From the NCBI GenBank assembly GCA_018062165.1, contig JAGOSU010000001.1:1-26993 (forward strand): 26,993 nucleotides of DNA, given 5' to 3'. Of the stretch, positions 9,135-17,853 are shown piece after piece (position 1 is the stretch's first letter; each line of letters opens with the position of its first letter). The notes under the pieces were generated by a model. That model was not told the origin of the DNA and searched no databases. It was given only the letters and a program-made list of their open reading frames with translations. This stretch comes from Minisyncoccota bacterium (GTDB taxonomy: Bacteria > Patescibacteriota > Minisyncoccia > Phycocordibacterales > Phycocordibacteraceae). The position numbers and the translations under genes were made by a program.

Positions 9135-9557
9135 ATGTTGTTTCCTAAAAAAGTAAAACACCGCAAGTGGCAGACTGGACGAAAGTCTCCAGCCAAGATG
9201 GCGCGTCCTGATACGCGTGGTACGAAGGTGTCCTTCGGTTCCCACGGCATGAAGGCAACCACCGCTTCTCGCATCACCTCTAACCAGATTGAGGCCGCTC
9301 GTAAGGTGCTCACCCGCGTTACCGGCAAGGGAGGCAAGCTCTGGATTCGCATCTTCCCTGACCGCCCAATTACGCAGAAGGCAGACGGTTTGAAGATGGG
9401 TAAGGGAAAGGGAGACCCGAAGCACTTCGTGTTTGAGGTGCACCCAGGTCGTGTGCTCTTCGAGCTCGATGGTGTTGAGGATGCGATTGCCCGCGATGCT
9501 ATGCGCCGCGCCGGTGCAAAGCTTCCGCTTAAGACCTCCGTCGTTCTTCGTTCCTAA
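9135..9557 (+). CDS. rplP: 50S ribosomal protein L16 (start corrected to ATG 9135)
   Basis: MLFPKKVKHRKWQ, LWIRIFPDRPIT, MGKGKG. Confidence 0.98.
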   Translation: MLFPKKVKHRKWQTGRKSPAKMARPDTRGTKVSFGSHGMKATTASRITSNQIEAARKVLTRVTGKGGKLWIRIFPDRPITQKADGLKMGKGKGDPKHFVFEVHPGRVLFELDGVEDAIARDAMRRAGAKLPLKTSVVLRS

Positions 9558-9563
9558 TCATTT

Positions 9564-9764
9564 ATGGCAAAGAAACTTACATTCAAGGACCAGAGCGTCG
9601 AAGAGCTCAACAAGGCACTTCTCGAGAAGAAGGAGGAGCTCCGCAAGCTTCGTTTTGAGGCTGCGGGGGCACGCCCGAAGGAGAGCAACGCCCCTGCGAA
9701 GATTCGCAAGGATATTGCCCGCATCTTGACGGAACTCACGCTTCGCGCGAAGGTAAGCAACTAA
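9564..9764 (+). CDS. rpmC: 50S ribosomal protein L29
   Basis: ELRKLRFEAA...IRKDIARILTEL; position in operon. Confidence 0.96.
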   Translation: MAKKLTFKDQSVEELNKALLEKKEELRKLRFEAAGARPKESNAPAKIRKDIARILTELTLRAKVSN

Positions 9765-9766
9765 CC

Positions 9767-10012
9767 ATGGAAACTCCTACCTCACGTCCCCAGAGCTTCA
9801 AAGGTGTCGTCGTAAAGACGGCGATGAAGGACACCGCTACGGTGGCTGTCTCTCGCTACGTGAAGCACCCGAAGTACAAGAAGTTCCAGACCCGCACCAA
9901 GAAGTTCTTGGTCCATGACCCGGGCAACACGGTGAAGGTTGGCGACAATGTCACCATCGTCGCGTGCCGCCCGCTTTCGAAGATGAAGCGCTTCAAGATC
10001 GCTACTGCATAA
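9767..10012 (+). CDS. rpsQ: 30S ribosomal protein S17
   Basis: GVVVKTAMKDT, HPKYKK, RPLSKMKRF. Confidence 0.97.
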   Translation: METPTSRPQSFKGVVVKTAMKDTATVAVSRYVKHPKYKKFQTRTKKFLVHDPGNTVKVGDNVTIVACRPLSKMKRFKIATA

Positions 10013-10016
10013 GACC

Positions 10017-10394
10017 ATGATTCACGACCGCACTATCGTTACCGTTGCTGACAACTCAGGCGCCAAGATTGGCCGTGTCTTCAAGGTACTCGGTGGGTCC
10101 AAGCGCCGCTACGCAAGCCTCGGCGATGTCGTCGTGATCTCCATTCAGACCGCAGAGCCTCGCAAGGCAACGAAGAAGAAGGATGTCGTGAAGGCAGTGG
10201 TTGTACGCACCAAGAAAGCTGCACGCCGCGCTAACGGTTCCTACATTGCCTTTGATGACAACGCTGTCGTTATCATCGAGAAGCAGGGTAAGGAGATGGG
10301 TCCTCGGGGCAACCGCGTCTTCGGTCCAGTTGCTCGTGAGCTCACCGAGAAGGGCTGGCAGAACATTGCGTCACTCGCACCTGAAATCGTTTAA
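10017..10394 (+). CDS. rplN: 50S ribosomal protein L14
   Basis: ADNSGAK, FDDNAVVII, RVFGPVAREL. Confidence 0.98.
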   Translation: MIHDRTIVTVADNSGAKIGRVFKVLGGSKRRYASLGDVVVISIQTAEPRKATKKKDVVKAVVVRTKKAARRANGSYIAFDDNAVVIIEKQGKEMGPRGNRVFGPVARELTEKGWQNIASLAPEIV

Positions 10395-10396
10395 GT

Positions 10397-10786
10397 ATGA
10401 AAAAGTACACTAAGACCAAGCAGAAGTCCTACGCCGCAGGACGCCGCAAGAAGAACTCTCGCCGCGCACCGAAGGTGGTCATCATGAAGATGAAGCTCAA
10501 GAAGGGCGACCACGTCATCGTGGTGTCCGGCAAGGACAAGGGAAAGGAAGGCAAGATCCTTACCGTTCTTCCAAAGGAGAACCGTGTTGTCGTTGACGGT
10601 ATCGCTATGGCAAAGCGCCACGTCAGGAAGAGTGGTCGTGGTCAGTCTGGCCGCATCGTCGAGCACCCAGCAGCTATCAACGCCTCAAACGTGATGCTTA
10701 TTGATGCTGAGACCAAGAAGCCAACCCGTGTAGGCCGCAAGGATGGTCAGCGCATCACGAAGAAGAGTAAGACCGTTCTCAAATAA
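10397..10786 (+). CDS. rplX: 50S ribosomal protein L24, possibly with a 29-aa basic N-terminal extension
   Basis: KKGDHVIVVSGKDKGKEG KOW motif; INASNVML; true start uncertain (10397 versus the downstream MKMK). Confidence 0.96.
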   Translation: MKKYTKTKQKSYAAGRRKKNSRRAPKVVIMKMKLKKGDHVIVVSGKDKGKEGKILTVLPKENRVVVDGIAMAKRHVRKSGRGQSGRIVEHPAAINASNVMLIDAETKKPTRVGRKDGQRITKKSKTVLK

Positions 10787-10791
10787 CTTTT

Positions 10792-11322
10792 ATGATGCTT
10801 TCAAAACAACGCCAGCAGACTGCCTTCGAGGCACTTTCCGCAGAGTTCGGGTACAAAAACCGAATGGCGGCTCCGCGCATCACCAAGGTGGTCGTTTCCT
10901 CCGGTGTCGGAAAGGCAGACAAGCTTAAGAAGGCGCTCGTTGAGAAGAAGCTTGCTATCATCACCGGTCAGAAGCCGTCTCCTCGCGGCGCAAAGCAGTC
11001 GGTTGCACAGTTCAAGGTGCGCGAGGGCGATATCGTTGGTTACCAGGTCACCCTTCGCGGCGGCCGCATGTTTGATTTCGTTGATAAGTTGATTCACATC
11101 GCCCTTCCTCGTACTCGTGACTTCCGCGGCATCGCAAAGACCACCGTTGATGATATGGGGAACATCACCATTGGTATCAAGGAGAACACGATTTTCCCTG
11201 AGACCTCTGACGAGGACCTCAAGGACGTGTTTGGGGTGGCAATCACGATAGTAACGACGGCTAAGTCGAAGCCGGAGGCGGAGGCCTTCTTCACGCACCT
11301 TGGCGTGCCTTTTAAGGCGTAG
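10792..11322 (+). CDS. rplE: 50S ribosomal protein L5
   Basis: ITGQKP, FKVREG, VTLRG, LPRTRDFRG; start may be the adjacent ATG at 10795. Confidence 0.98.
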   Translation: MMLSKQRQQTAFEALSAEFGYKNRMAAPRITKVVVSSGVGKADKLKKALVEKKLAIITGQKPSPRGAKQSVAQFKVREGDIVGYQVTLRGGRMFDFVDKLIHIALPRTRDFRGIAKTTVDDMGNITIGIKENTIFPETSDEDLKDVFGVAITIVTTAKSKPEAEAFFTHLGVPFKA

Positions 11323-11334
11323 ATTCAGCGTCGT

Positions 11335-11363
11335 TTGACACTGACTGCCACTGTTGATACATT
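11335..11363 (+). promoter_or_regulatory. Internal sigma70-type promoter upstream of rpsN
   Basis: TTGACA (11335-11340), 17-nt spacer, TGaTACATT extended -10 (11358-11363). Confidence 0.75.
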
Positions 11364-11393
11364 GATTCGACGCTCCTCGGAGCTATTTTTCTT

Positions 11394-11663
11394 ATGGCCA
11401 AAAAGTCCCAAATCGCCCGGAACCTAAAGCGCGCTAAGCTCGTCGCTCAGTACGCTGGTAAGCGTGCCGCTATGAAGGAGGCAGGGGATTACGAGGGCCT
11501 ACAGACGCTTCCGAAGAACTCCTCCCCAGTCAGGGTCAAGAACCGTTGTTCGATTACGGGTCGTGGTCGTGGGTACCTCCGTGCCTTCGGTCTTTCCCGC
11601 ATCCAGTTCCGCGAGATGGCCCGCCAGGGCAAGATCCCGGGCGTAAAGAAAGCATCATGGTAA
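11394..11663 (+). CDS. rpsN: 30S ribosomal protein S14, zinc-independent 89-aa type
   Basis: [35 protein letters not shown]; only one Cys. Confidence 0.98.
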   Translation: MAKKSQIARNLKRAKLVAQYAGKRAAMKEAGDYEGLQTLPKNSSPVRVKNRCSITGRGRGYLRAFGLSRIQFREMARQGKIPGVKKASW

Positions 11664-12052
11664 GCGACCGCGTCGGAGATTTCATAATCCGCCTCAAGAA
11701 TGCCGGCGCCATCGGCAACACCTCGGTCGTGCTCCCGCACTCAGGTCACCTCGAGGACATTGCTAAGAAGCTCCGCGATCTCGGGTTCGTCGCCTCCGTC
11801 GATGTTCGCGAGAAGGGAGGTAAGAAGATGCTTGAGGTCGGTCTCGCCTACCACGAGAACGGCGTTCACAAGATTAACGACGTGAAGCGCATCTCGAAGC
11901 CAGGTCGCCGTCTCTATGTCTCTTCTCGCACTGCACACTCGGTGAAGAACGGACTTGGTGCACGCATCATCTCGACTCCGAAGGGCATCCTTGCTGACAA
12001 GGAGGCTCGTCAGGTAAAGGTCGGTGGTGAAGAGCTGTTTGAAATCTGGTAA
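11657..12052 (+). CDS. rpsH: 30S ribosomal protein S8 (start corrected to ATG 11657)
   Basis: [38 protein letters not shown]; 7-nt overlap with rpsN. Confidence 0.98.
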   Translation: MVSDRVGDFIIRLKNAGAIGNTSVVLPHSGHLEDIAKKLRDLGFVASVDVREKGGKKMLEVGLAYHENGVHKINDVKRISKPGRRLYVSSRTAHSVKNGLGARIISTPKGILADKEARQVKVGGEELFEIW

Positions 12053-12059
12053 TACTTCT

Positions 12060-12596
12060 ATGGCATCCCGTCTCGCAAAGAAACCAATAGTAATTCCTTC
12101 GAAGGTCCAGGTGACCTCGGCTGACGGCGTACTCACCGTTAAGGGGTCAAAGGCAACGCTTTCGCGCGCGGTGCACACCTCACTTTCTATAGAAGTTACT
12201 CCTGAGGGCGTTGTTATTGCGCCAAAGAACAACACCCGCCTTGCGCACGCGCTCACGGGCACCTTTGCCGCACACCTCAAGACCATGATTAAGGGAGTGG
12301 AGGAGCCGTTCAAGAAGAACCTCATCCTCACGGGTGTCGGCTACAAGGTTGAGCTTCAGGGCAAAGACCTCGTTTTCGCCGTTGGTTTCTCGCACAAGGT
12401 GACGGTCCCGGTTCCCGAGGGACTTACAGCGTCCGTCGTGAAGAATACGATTACGGTCGAGGGTTCTGACAAGCAGCAGGTGGGACAGTTCGCCGCTGAG
12501 ATTCGTGCTATCAAGCCACCGGAGCCGTACCTCGGAAAGGGTATCGCCTACGAGGGTGAGGTTATCCGCCGTAAGCAGGGCAAGAAGGCCGTCTAA
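12060..12596 (+). CDS. rplF: 50S ribosomal protein L6 (start corrected)
   Basis: [32 protein letters not shown]. Confidence 0.98.
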   Translation: MASRLAKKPIVIPSKVQVTSADGVLTVKGSKATLSRAVHTSLSIEVTPEGVVIAPKNNTRLAHALTGTFAAHLKTMIKGVEEPFKKNLILTGVGYKVELQGKDLVFAVGFSHKVTVPVPEGLTASVVKNTITVEGSDKQQVGQFAAEIRAIKPPEPYLGKGIAYEGEVIRRKQGKKAV

Positions 12597-12604
12597 TATT
12601 TCGT

Positions 12605-12952
12605 ATGCCTAAGACTCTTACAAAATCTGAATCTCGCATTCGCCGCCACAAGCGGGTACGCGGCAAGATTAAGGGAACCGAAGCGCGCCCACGTCTCGCT
12701 ATTTTCCGTTCTAACCGCTTCATCAGCGCGCAGATTATCAATGACGACACCAGCACGACGCTTGTCGCTGCTCACGGCCGCGAGTTCCCTGGCCCACTCG
12801 GCAAGCAGGCAGTTGCAGTCGGCAAAGCAATCGCAGAGCGCGCAGTAGCAAAGGGCGTGAAGGCAATCGTCTTCGACCGCGCTGGCTACGCCTACGCCGC
12901 ACAGGTGAAGGCACTTGCTGACGCTGCACGCGAAGGCGGACTTTCTTTCTAG
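12605..12952 (+). CDS. rplR: 50S ribosomal protein L18
   Basis: [34 protein letters not shown]. Confidence 0.98.
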   Translation: MPKTLTKSESRIRRHKRVRGKIKGTEARPRLAIFRSNRFISAQIINDDTSTTLVAAHGREFPGPLGKQAVAVGKAIAERAVAKGVKAIVFDRAGYAYAAQVKALADAAREGGLSF

Positions 12953-12956
12953 TACT

Positions 12957-13553
12957 ATGACCGACACAGCAACTATGGATCCTATCGCACCAACTGACGC
13001 TCCTGTGGCAGAGGCAAAGCCTGTGGAGACGAAGACCGAAGCTCCTCAGCGTGGAGGACCTCGCGGACGTGGAGGCGACCGCCGTGGCGGAGGCCGCCCT
13101 CGTGAGCGCCGTGAGCGTGAACGCTCTGAATTCGACCAGGTAACGGTCGACGTGCGTCGTGTGGCCCGTGTTATGGCCGGAGGTCGCCGCTTCTCCTTCT
13201 CCGTCACCATCGTGATTGGGGATCGCAAGGGACGCGTGGGCGTTGGTCTTGGTAAGGGAGCAGACACTGCACTCGCTATTGATAAGGCAGTACGTGACGC
13301 CAAGAAGCACCTTGTCACTGTTCCTCGCACCAAGAGCGGTTCCATCCGTCATGACGTCTCGGTCGTCTACGGCACTACCACCCTTTCCATTATTCCTTCC
13401 CCGGGTCGTGGACTCGTCGCCGGTTCCGCAATGCGTACCGTGCTTGAGCTCGCCGGCATCGGAGACGTGGTGACCAAGATTCTCACCCGCTCGAAGAACA
13501 AGCTCACCATTGCACGCGCTACCGTTGCTGCACTCAAGCAGCTCAAGGGCTAA
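12957..13553 (+). CDS. rpsE: 30S ribosomal protein S5 with long N-terminal extension (start ATG 12957)
   Basis: RVARVMAGGRRFSF, GRVGVGLGKG, GRGLVAG. Confidence 0.98.
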   Translation: MTDTATMDPIAPTDAPVAEAKPVETKTEAPQRGGPRGRGGDRRGGGRPRERRERERSEFDQVTVDVRRVARVMAGGRRFSFSVTIVIGDRKGRVGVGLGKGADTALAIDKAVRDAKKHLVTVPRTKSGSIRHDVSVVYGTTTLSIIPSPGRGLVAGSAMRTVLELAGIGDVVTKILTRSKNKLTIARATVAALKQLKG

Positions 13554-13563
13554 CCTTTTATAT

Positions 13564-14019
13564 ATGCAGACCAACACACTCAAAGCAAAGTCCAAGCGCG
13601 TCACATCGATGCGTGTCGGTCGCGGTGGCAAGCGCGGAAAGACCTCCGGTCGTGGTACCAAGGGTCAGAAGGCACGTTCTGGTCGCAAGATGCGCCCTGA
13701 GATGCGTGACCTCATCAAGAAGATTCCTAAGCTTCGTGGACACGGTAAGAACCGCAGTCGCACCGTGCGCCTTGATCGCGTGGTCGCAAAGCCAGTGAAC
13801 CTTGCTGTTCTTGAGGCAGCGTTTTCTGCAGGTGACACGGTTACGCCAGCAGTGCTCGTGAAGAAGGGCATCATCGCAACGCGCGGCGGACGCGTTCCGG
13901 CAATCAAGATTCTTGGTGCCGGTGAACTCACCAAAAAGCTTACGATTTCAGGAGTAAGCTTCTCCGCTACTGCCAAGGCCGCCATCGAAAAGGCAGGTGG
14001 CTCCATCCTCAATGGTTAG
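13564..14019 (+). CDS. rplO: 50S ribosomal protein L15 (start ATG 13564)
   Basis: RVGRGGKRGKTSGRGTKGQKARSG, IKILGAGEL, AIEKAGG. Confidence 0.98.
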   Translation: MQTNTLKAKSKRVTSMRVGRGGKRGKTSGRGTKGQKARSGRKMRPEMRDLIKKIPKLRGHGKNRSRTVRLDRVVAKPVNLAVLEAAFSAGDTVTPAVLVKKGIIATRGGRVPAIKILGAGELTKKLTISGVSFSATAKAAIEKAGGSILNG

Positions 14020-15286
14020 CGAATTCTTCAGGAAAATCTCCCTCGTCGTCACGGACCCCGTCCTCAGGTTCCGCGTTCTCTTCATCGTTGCGGCGTTTGC
14101 CGTTTTCCGTTTCTTGGCTTCTGTTCCGATTCCGGGCGTTAACCCGCTTGCGCTCGAGCAGTTCTTTTCAAACAACCAGTTCCTTGGTCTCTTGAACGTC
14201 TTCTCCGGAGGCGGGTTCGAGAATCTTTCCATTGTGATGCTCGGTGTGGGTCCGTACATTACGGCGTCCATCATCATGCAGCTCGCAACCGTTATTTTCC
14301 CAGCCGTTAAGGCTATGTACTCTGAGGAGGGTGAGGCAGGCCGCACCAAGTTCATCGCTATTTCCCGCGCGCTCACCATCCCGCTTGCCATCCTTCAGGC
14401 CGTTGCCTTCCTCTCGCTTCTTGAGACGCAGGGTGTCGTGACCTCGCTTACGCCGTTTGATTTCGCAGTGAACGTCTTCCTCGTTGCAGCAGGTTCCATG
14501 CTTCTCATGTGGATTGGTGAGCTCATCACCGAGTTCGGTATCGGTAACGGTGTTTCGCTCATAATCTTCGCAGGCATCATCGCCGGCATCCCAGGTGGTC
14601 TCTCGCAGCTTCTCTACACTGCAACGGCGGCGAACATCCCAGCCTATCTCGGCTTCTTCGTTCTCTCCCTTGCTGCTATTTACGCGGTGGTGTCAGTGTC
14701 TGAGGCAGAGCGCTCAGTTCCTATCGCCTATGCGCGCCAGGTACGCGGCGCTGCCCATCAGCAGGGAGCAGCTACCTACCTTCCGATTCGTATCCTTCAG
14801 GCAGGAGTGATGCCAATCATCTTCGGTCTCTCGCTCACGCTCCTTCCACAGGTGGTGCTTACGGGTCTCTCTGCGGTTGGTGTTGGCGGCCTTGATCCTT
14901 GGGTTGCAGGCTACGCAGCCTTCTCCGCAAACCCATGGCTCCATGGTGCGGTCTACTTCCTCTTCGTGTTCATGTTCACCTTCTTCTACACCTCTATTAC
15001 GTTCGAGCCACACCGCGTGGCAGAGAACCTGCAGAAGTCTGGCGCCTTCGTTCCAGGTGTTCGTCCTGGACGCGAGACGGAAACCTACATCGGTAATGTC
15101 GTTACCCGCGTGACCTTCCCAGGAGCTCTCTTCCTCGGTGCTATCGCCGTCGTTCCGTTCATCGTGCAGGGATTGACCGGCATCACCGCCATTCTCGTCG
15201 GTGGTACCGCGCTTATCATTGCGGTCACCGTGGTGCTCGACCTCATCCGCAAGATTGACGCGCAGGTTTCGCTCAAGGAATACTAA
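14012..15286 (+). CDS. secY: Preprotein translocase subunit SecY (start ATG 14012)
   Basis: SIVMLGVGPYITASII, WIGELITEFGIGNGVSLIIFAGI, GAFVPGVRPG; 8-nt overlap with rplO. Confidence 0.99.
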   Translation: MVSEFFRKISLVVTDPVLRFRVLFIVAAFAVFRFLASVPIPGVNPLALEQFFSNNQFLGLLNVFSGGGFENLSIVMLGVGPYITASIIMQLATVIFPAVKAMYSEEGEAGRTKFIAISRALTIPLAILQAVAFLSLLETQGVVTSLTPFDFAVNVFLVAAGSMLLMWIGELITEFGIGNGVSLIIFAGIIAGIPGGLSQLLYTATAANIPAYLGFFVLSLAAIYAVVSVSEAERSVPIAYARQVRGAAHQQGAATYLPIRILQAGVMPIIFGLSLTLLPQVVLTGLSAVGVGGLDPWVAGYAAFSANPWLHGAVYFLFVFMFTFFYTSITFEPHRVAENLQKSGAFVPGVRPGRETETYIGNVVTRVTFPGALFLGAIAVVPFIVQGLTGITAILVGGTALIIAVTVVLDLIRKIDAQVSLKEY

Positions 15287-15312
15287 TTCCCCTTGTGCTA
15301 CAGTAGTGCGGT

Positions 15313-15879
15313 ATGGATTTGAACACAGTACTCCTTATAGGTAAGCCCGGCAGCGGCAAGGGCACACAGGCTGCACTTCTGGCACAGAAGACCGGATGGC
15401 AGACCATTGCGTCCGGGGACCTCTTCCGTGCACTTATGAAAGAAGATACGGAAGTAGGTGCCAAGATGCGCGAGGAGATTGAGAAGGGCCTTCTTGCTCC
15501 TGATTGGTTTGCGATGTATCTCTTCCAGAAGTCGGTACTCAACCTTCCTTCTACCCAGGGAGTAATCTTTGATGGCTTTGGCCGCAAGGTGCCTGAAGCT
15601 AAAGTCGTCGTTGATGTGCTCACCTGGCTCGGGCGTCCGTTCACGGCAGTGCACGTGAAGGTCTCAGATGCTGAAATTATTGACCGCCTCGAGAAGCGAA
15701 AAGGTGTCTCTGGACGTGCTGACGACCATGCGGTTGAGAAACGACTTGATGAATACCGCATCTTCACCGAGCCTTCTATTGAGGTGTTCCGCGAAGCTGG
15801 AAAGCTTGTTGAAGTGAATGGCGAGGGTGAGGTCGACGCTATTCAGGCAGAGATACAGAACGCGCTCAACCTCGAATGA
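15313..15879 (+). CDS. adk: Adenylate kinase, short-LID type
   Basis: GKPGSGKGTQA P-loop, DGFGR, GRADD; TGcTACAGT 8 nt upstream. Confidence 0.93.
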   Translation: MDLNTVLLIGKPGSGKGTQAALLAQKTGWQTIASGDLFRALMKEDTEVGAKMREEIEKGLLAPDWFAMYLFQKSVLNLPSTQGVIFDGFGRKVPEAKVVVDVLTWLGRPFTAVHVKVSDAEIIDRLEKRKGVSGRADDHAVEKRLDEYRIFTEPSIEVFREAGKLVEVNGEGEVDAIQAEIQNALNLE

Positions 15880-16652
15880 TTGTCCGTACACCAGAAGAGC
15901 GGGAGGGAATCATCGAAGCTGGACGCCGTCTTGGCGTCGTGCTCTCTGAGGTAGCGAAGATTGTGGCGCCCGGCGTTTCAACTGCTGACCTTGATATTCT
16001 TGCAGAGAAGCTGATTCGTGAGGGAGGGGACGTCCCGGCCTTTCTTGATTACACTCCCGAGCGTGGGGTGCGTCCGTATCCAGCGACGCTGTGCGTTTCT
16101 ATAAACAATGAGGTGGTGCACGGTATTCCAAACGAGGCACCACGTATTCTTGAGGAAGGCGATATCGTTGCGCTTGATCTTGGATTGATTCACAAGGGAT
16201 TTGTTACCGATTCTGCCCTCACCGTTGCCGTAGGGGAAGTGAGTGATGAGGCGAAGCGCCTTATGCAGGTGACAGCGAAGTCACTTGAAGACGCGATTGT
16301 TGCTGCGCGCCCGGGCAATCGTATTGGCGACATCTCGCACGCAACCGAAGCTGCCTTTAAGGGAAGCGGCTTCTCGGTCGTGAAGGTACTTGGCGGACAC
16401 GGTGTAGGGTCGGCGGTGCATGAGGAGCCCTGGATTAGTAACGTTGGCACGCCTGGTACGGGGCCTGAGATTGTGGAGGGGATGGTGCTCGCGCTTGAGC
16501 CGATTGCCAACGCAGGCAAGGCTTCGGTCATTCTTGCGCCTGATGGCTATACGTACCGCTCCAAGGATGGCTCCATTTCCGCTCACTTCGAGCACACTAT
16601 TTTAGTAGAGAAGGAGAAGACGTTGGTGATTACGAGGCGCCCTGGCGAGTAA
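15876..16652 (+). CDS. map: Methionine aminopeptidase type I
   Basis: CVSINNEVVHGIP, GHGVG, HEEP, LEP, AHFEHT. Confidence 0.97.
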   Translation: MIVRTPEEREGIIEAGRRLGVVLSEVAKIVAPGVSTADLDILAEKLIREGGDVPAFLDYTPERGVRPYPATLCVSINNEVVHGIPNEAPRILEEGDIVALDLGLIHKGFVTDSALTVAVGEVSDEAKRLMQVTAKSLEDAIVAARPGNRIGDISHATEAAFKGSGFSVVKVLGGHGVGSAVHEEPWISNVGTPGTGPEIVEGMVLALEPIANAGKASVILAPDGYTYRSKDGSISAHFEHTILVEKEKTLVITRRPGE

Positions 16653-16712
16653 CAGGATTTAGGCTATACTCCCCACATACAAGCGCGAAAGCGATTTTTT
16701 ACTATAGGAACC

Positions 16713-17321
16713 ATGCCTACCCCGCACCCCAAGAAAGAGCGTACGTTCGTGATGATTAAGCCTGATGGCGTTCAGCGCGGACTGGTTGGCGAAATCGTCC
16801 GCCGTTTCGAGAACACGGGCCTCAAGCTCGTCTACCTCAAGCTCTCTATGCTCGACGAGACAAAACTCTGGGAGCACTACGGCAAGGATGACGCATGGTT
16901 TGAGAAGAAGGGAGCGGGCATCATGGCCGACCGCCAGGCAGCAGGACTCCCGGTAGAAAAGGAAGCCCTTGAGTATGGCAAGGACATCATCCGCGCACTC
17001 GTAACGTTCATGACCGCAGGACCGGTCGTTATGATGGTGATTGAAGGCAACCAGTCAGTTGCAGTGGTGAAGAAGCTTGTGGGAGGCACGGAGCCCGCAA
17101 CGTCAGACGTTGGTACCATTCGTGGTGACCTCACGGTGGACTCCTACTCTATTGCGGCAATTGATGACCGCGCAGTACGCAACCTCATTCACTGTTCAGA
17201 CCAGCCTTCAGAAGCTGAGCGCGAGATTGCACTCTGGCTCCCTGGAGCAGAAGTGCTCAGTTACCGCCTCGTTGGGGAACAAATTCTCTACGACGTTAAC
17301 CTCGACGGTATTCTCGAATAG
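16713..17321 (+). CDS. ndk: Nucleoside diphosphate kinase, long form
   Basis: ERTFVMIKPDGVQRGLVGEI, GTIRGD, RNLIHCSD (catalytic His). Confidence 0.95.
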   Translation: MPTPHPKKERTFVMIKPDGVQRGLVGEIVRRFENTGLKLVYLKLSMLDETKLWEHYGKDDAWFEKKGAGIMADRQAAGLPVEKEALEYGKDIIRALVTFMTAGPVVMMVIEGNQSVAVVKKLVGGTEPATSDVGTIRGDLTVDSYSIAAIDDRAVRNLIHCSDQPSEAEREIALWLPGAEVLSYRLVGEQILYDVNLDGILE

Positions 17322-17353
17322 AAAGGAAGCAGCCAGAGTGATATTCTCACTCT

Positions 17354-17659
17354 ATGGCTGCACCAAAGATTTCTGGCGGCACGGTACACACCCTCCCGTC
17401 TGATGTGCGAAAGGTCTTGAGTGTCGATGCTAAGGCACGTGCGGCATGGGAGAGTCTGACGCCGCTTGCGCGCAATGAATGGATTTGTTGGACTATTTCC
17501 GTACAAAAAGCAGAGACACGTCATGACCATGTGCGACGAGTACGGAGCCAACTGAAAGAAGGGAAGCGTCGCCCCTGCTGCTGGATTGGGTGTATTCATC
17601 GCCCTGACAAACCGATGAGCCCATCGGTAAAGGGAGTGCTCAATACACGAAGGAAATAA
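17354..17659 (+). CDS. YdeI/OmpD-associated family protein
   Basis: LPSDVRKVL...WESLTPLARNEWICW...RRPCCWIGC; TGaTATTCT 6 nt upstream. Confidence 0.75.
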   Translation: MAAPKISGGTVHTLPSDVRKVLSVDAKARAAWESLTPLARNEWICWTISVQKAETRHDHVRRVRSQLKEGKRRPCCWIGCIHRPDKPMSPSVKGVLNTRRK

Positions 17660-17709
17660 AGGCGATTGCGGTATCCACATCCCCTTCATAGAGGAGGAGT
17701 ATACTTATA

Positions 17710-17849
17710 CGTGGAGCCATTCCTTGAAACGCAACTTACTTTCCCTACGGGAGTCTTATATCTACGCACGATAGTGAACTTTGTTCCGATTCGAGCGATG
17801 CGGACACCCACTTGGCACTATCGAGTTGCCAAACGGGAATGGCTCTACG
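17710..17849 (+). ncRNA. ssrS: 6S RNA candidate (ssrS-like), compact ~140 nt
   Basis: 15-bp terminal stem 17710-17724/17835-17849 with G-U pairs on the + strand; GCAAC/GTTGC stem; central bubble; GGGAGTC (17749-55) pairs with GACACCC (17803-09) with an A.A mismatch; 3' bubble mini-hairpin CTTG-N7-CGAG; TATACT at 17700-05; terminator follows. Confidence 0.72.
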
Positions 17850-17853
17850 AAAG

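Noticed and set aside
3402-15879. Alternative genetic code 25 (TGA = Gly)
   Set aside because: TGA ends adk and ORF 3073 in ATGA couplings at the expected protein ends, and I saw no in-frame TGA in conserved genes
17710-17849. Alternative identity as SRP RNA, tmRNA, RNase P RNA or a riboswitch
   Set aside because: No SRP GGAA-loop domain IV motif, no tRNA-like ends or tag ORF, too short for RNase P; a terminator and a separate downstream promoter argue against a cis element
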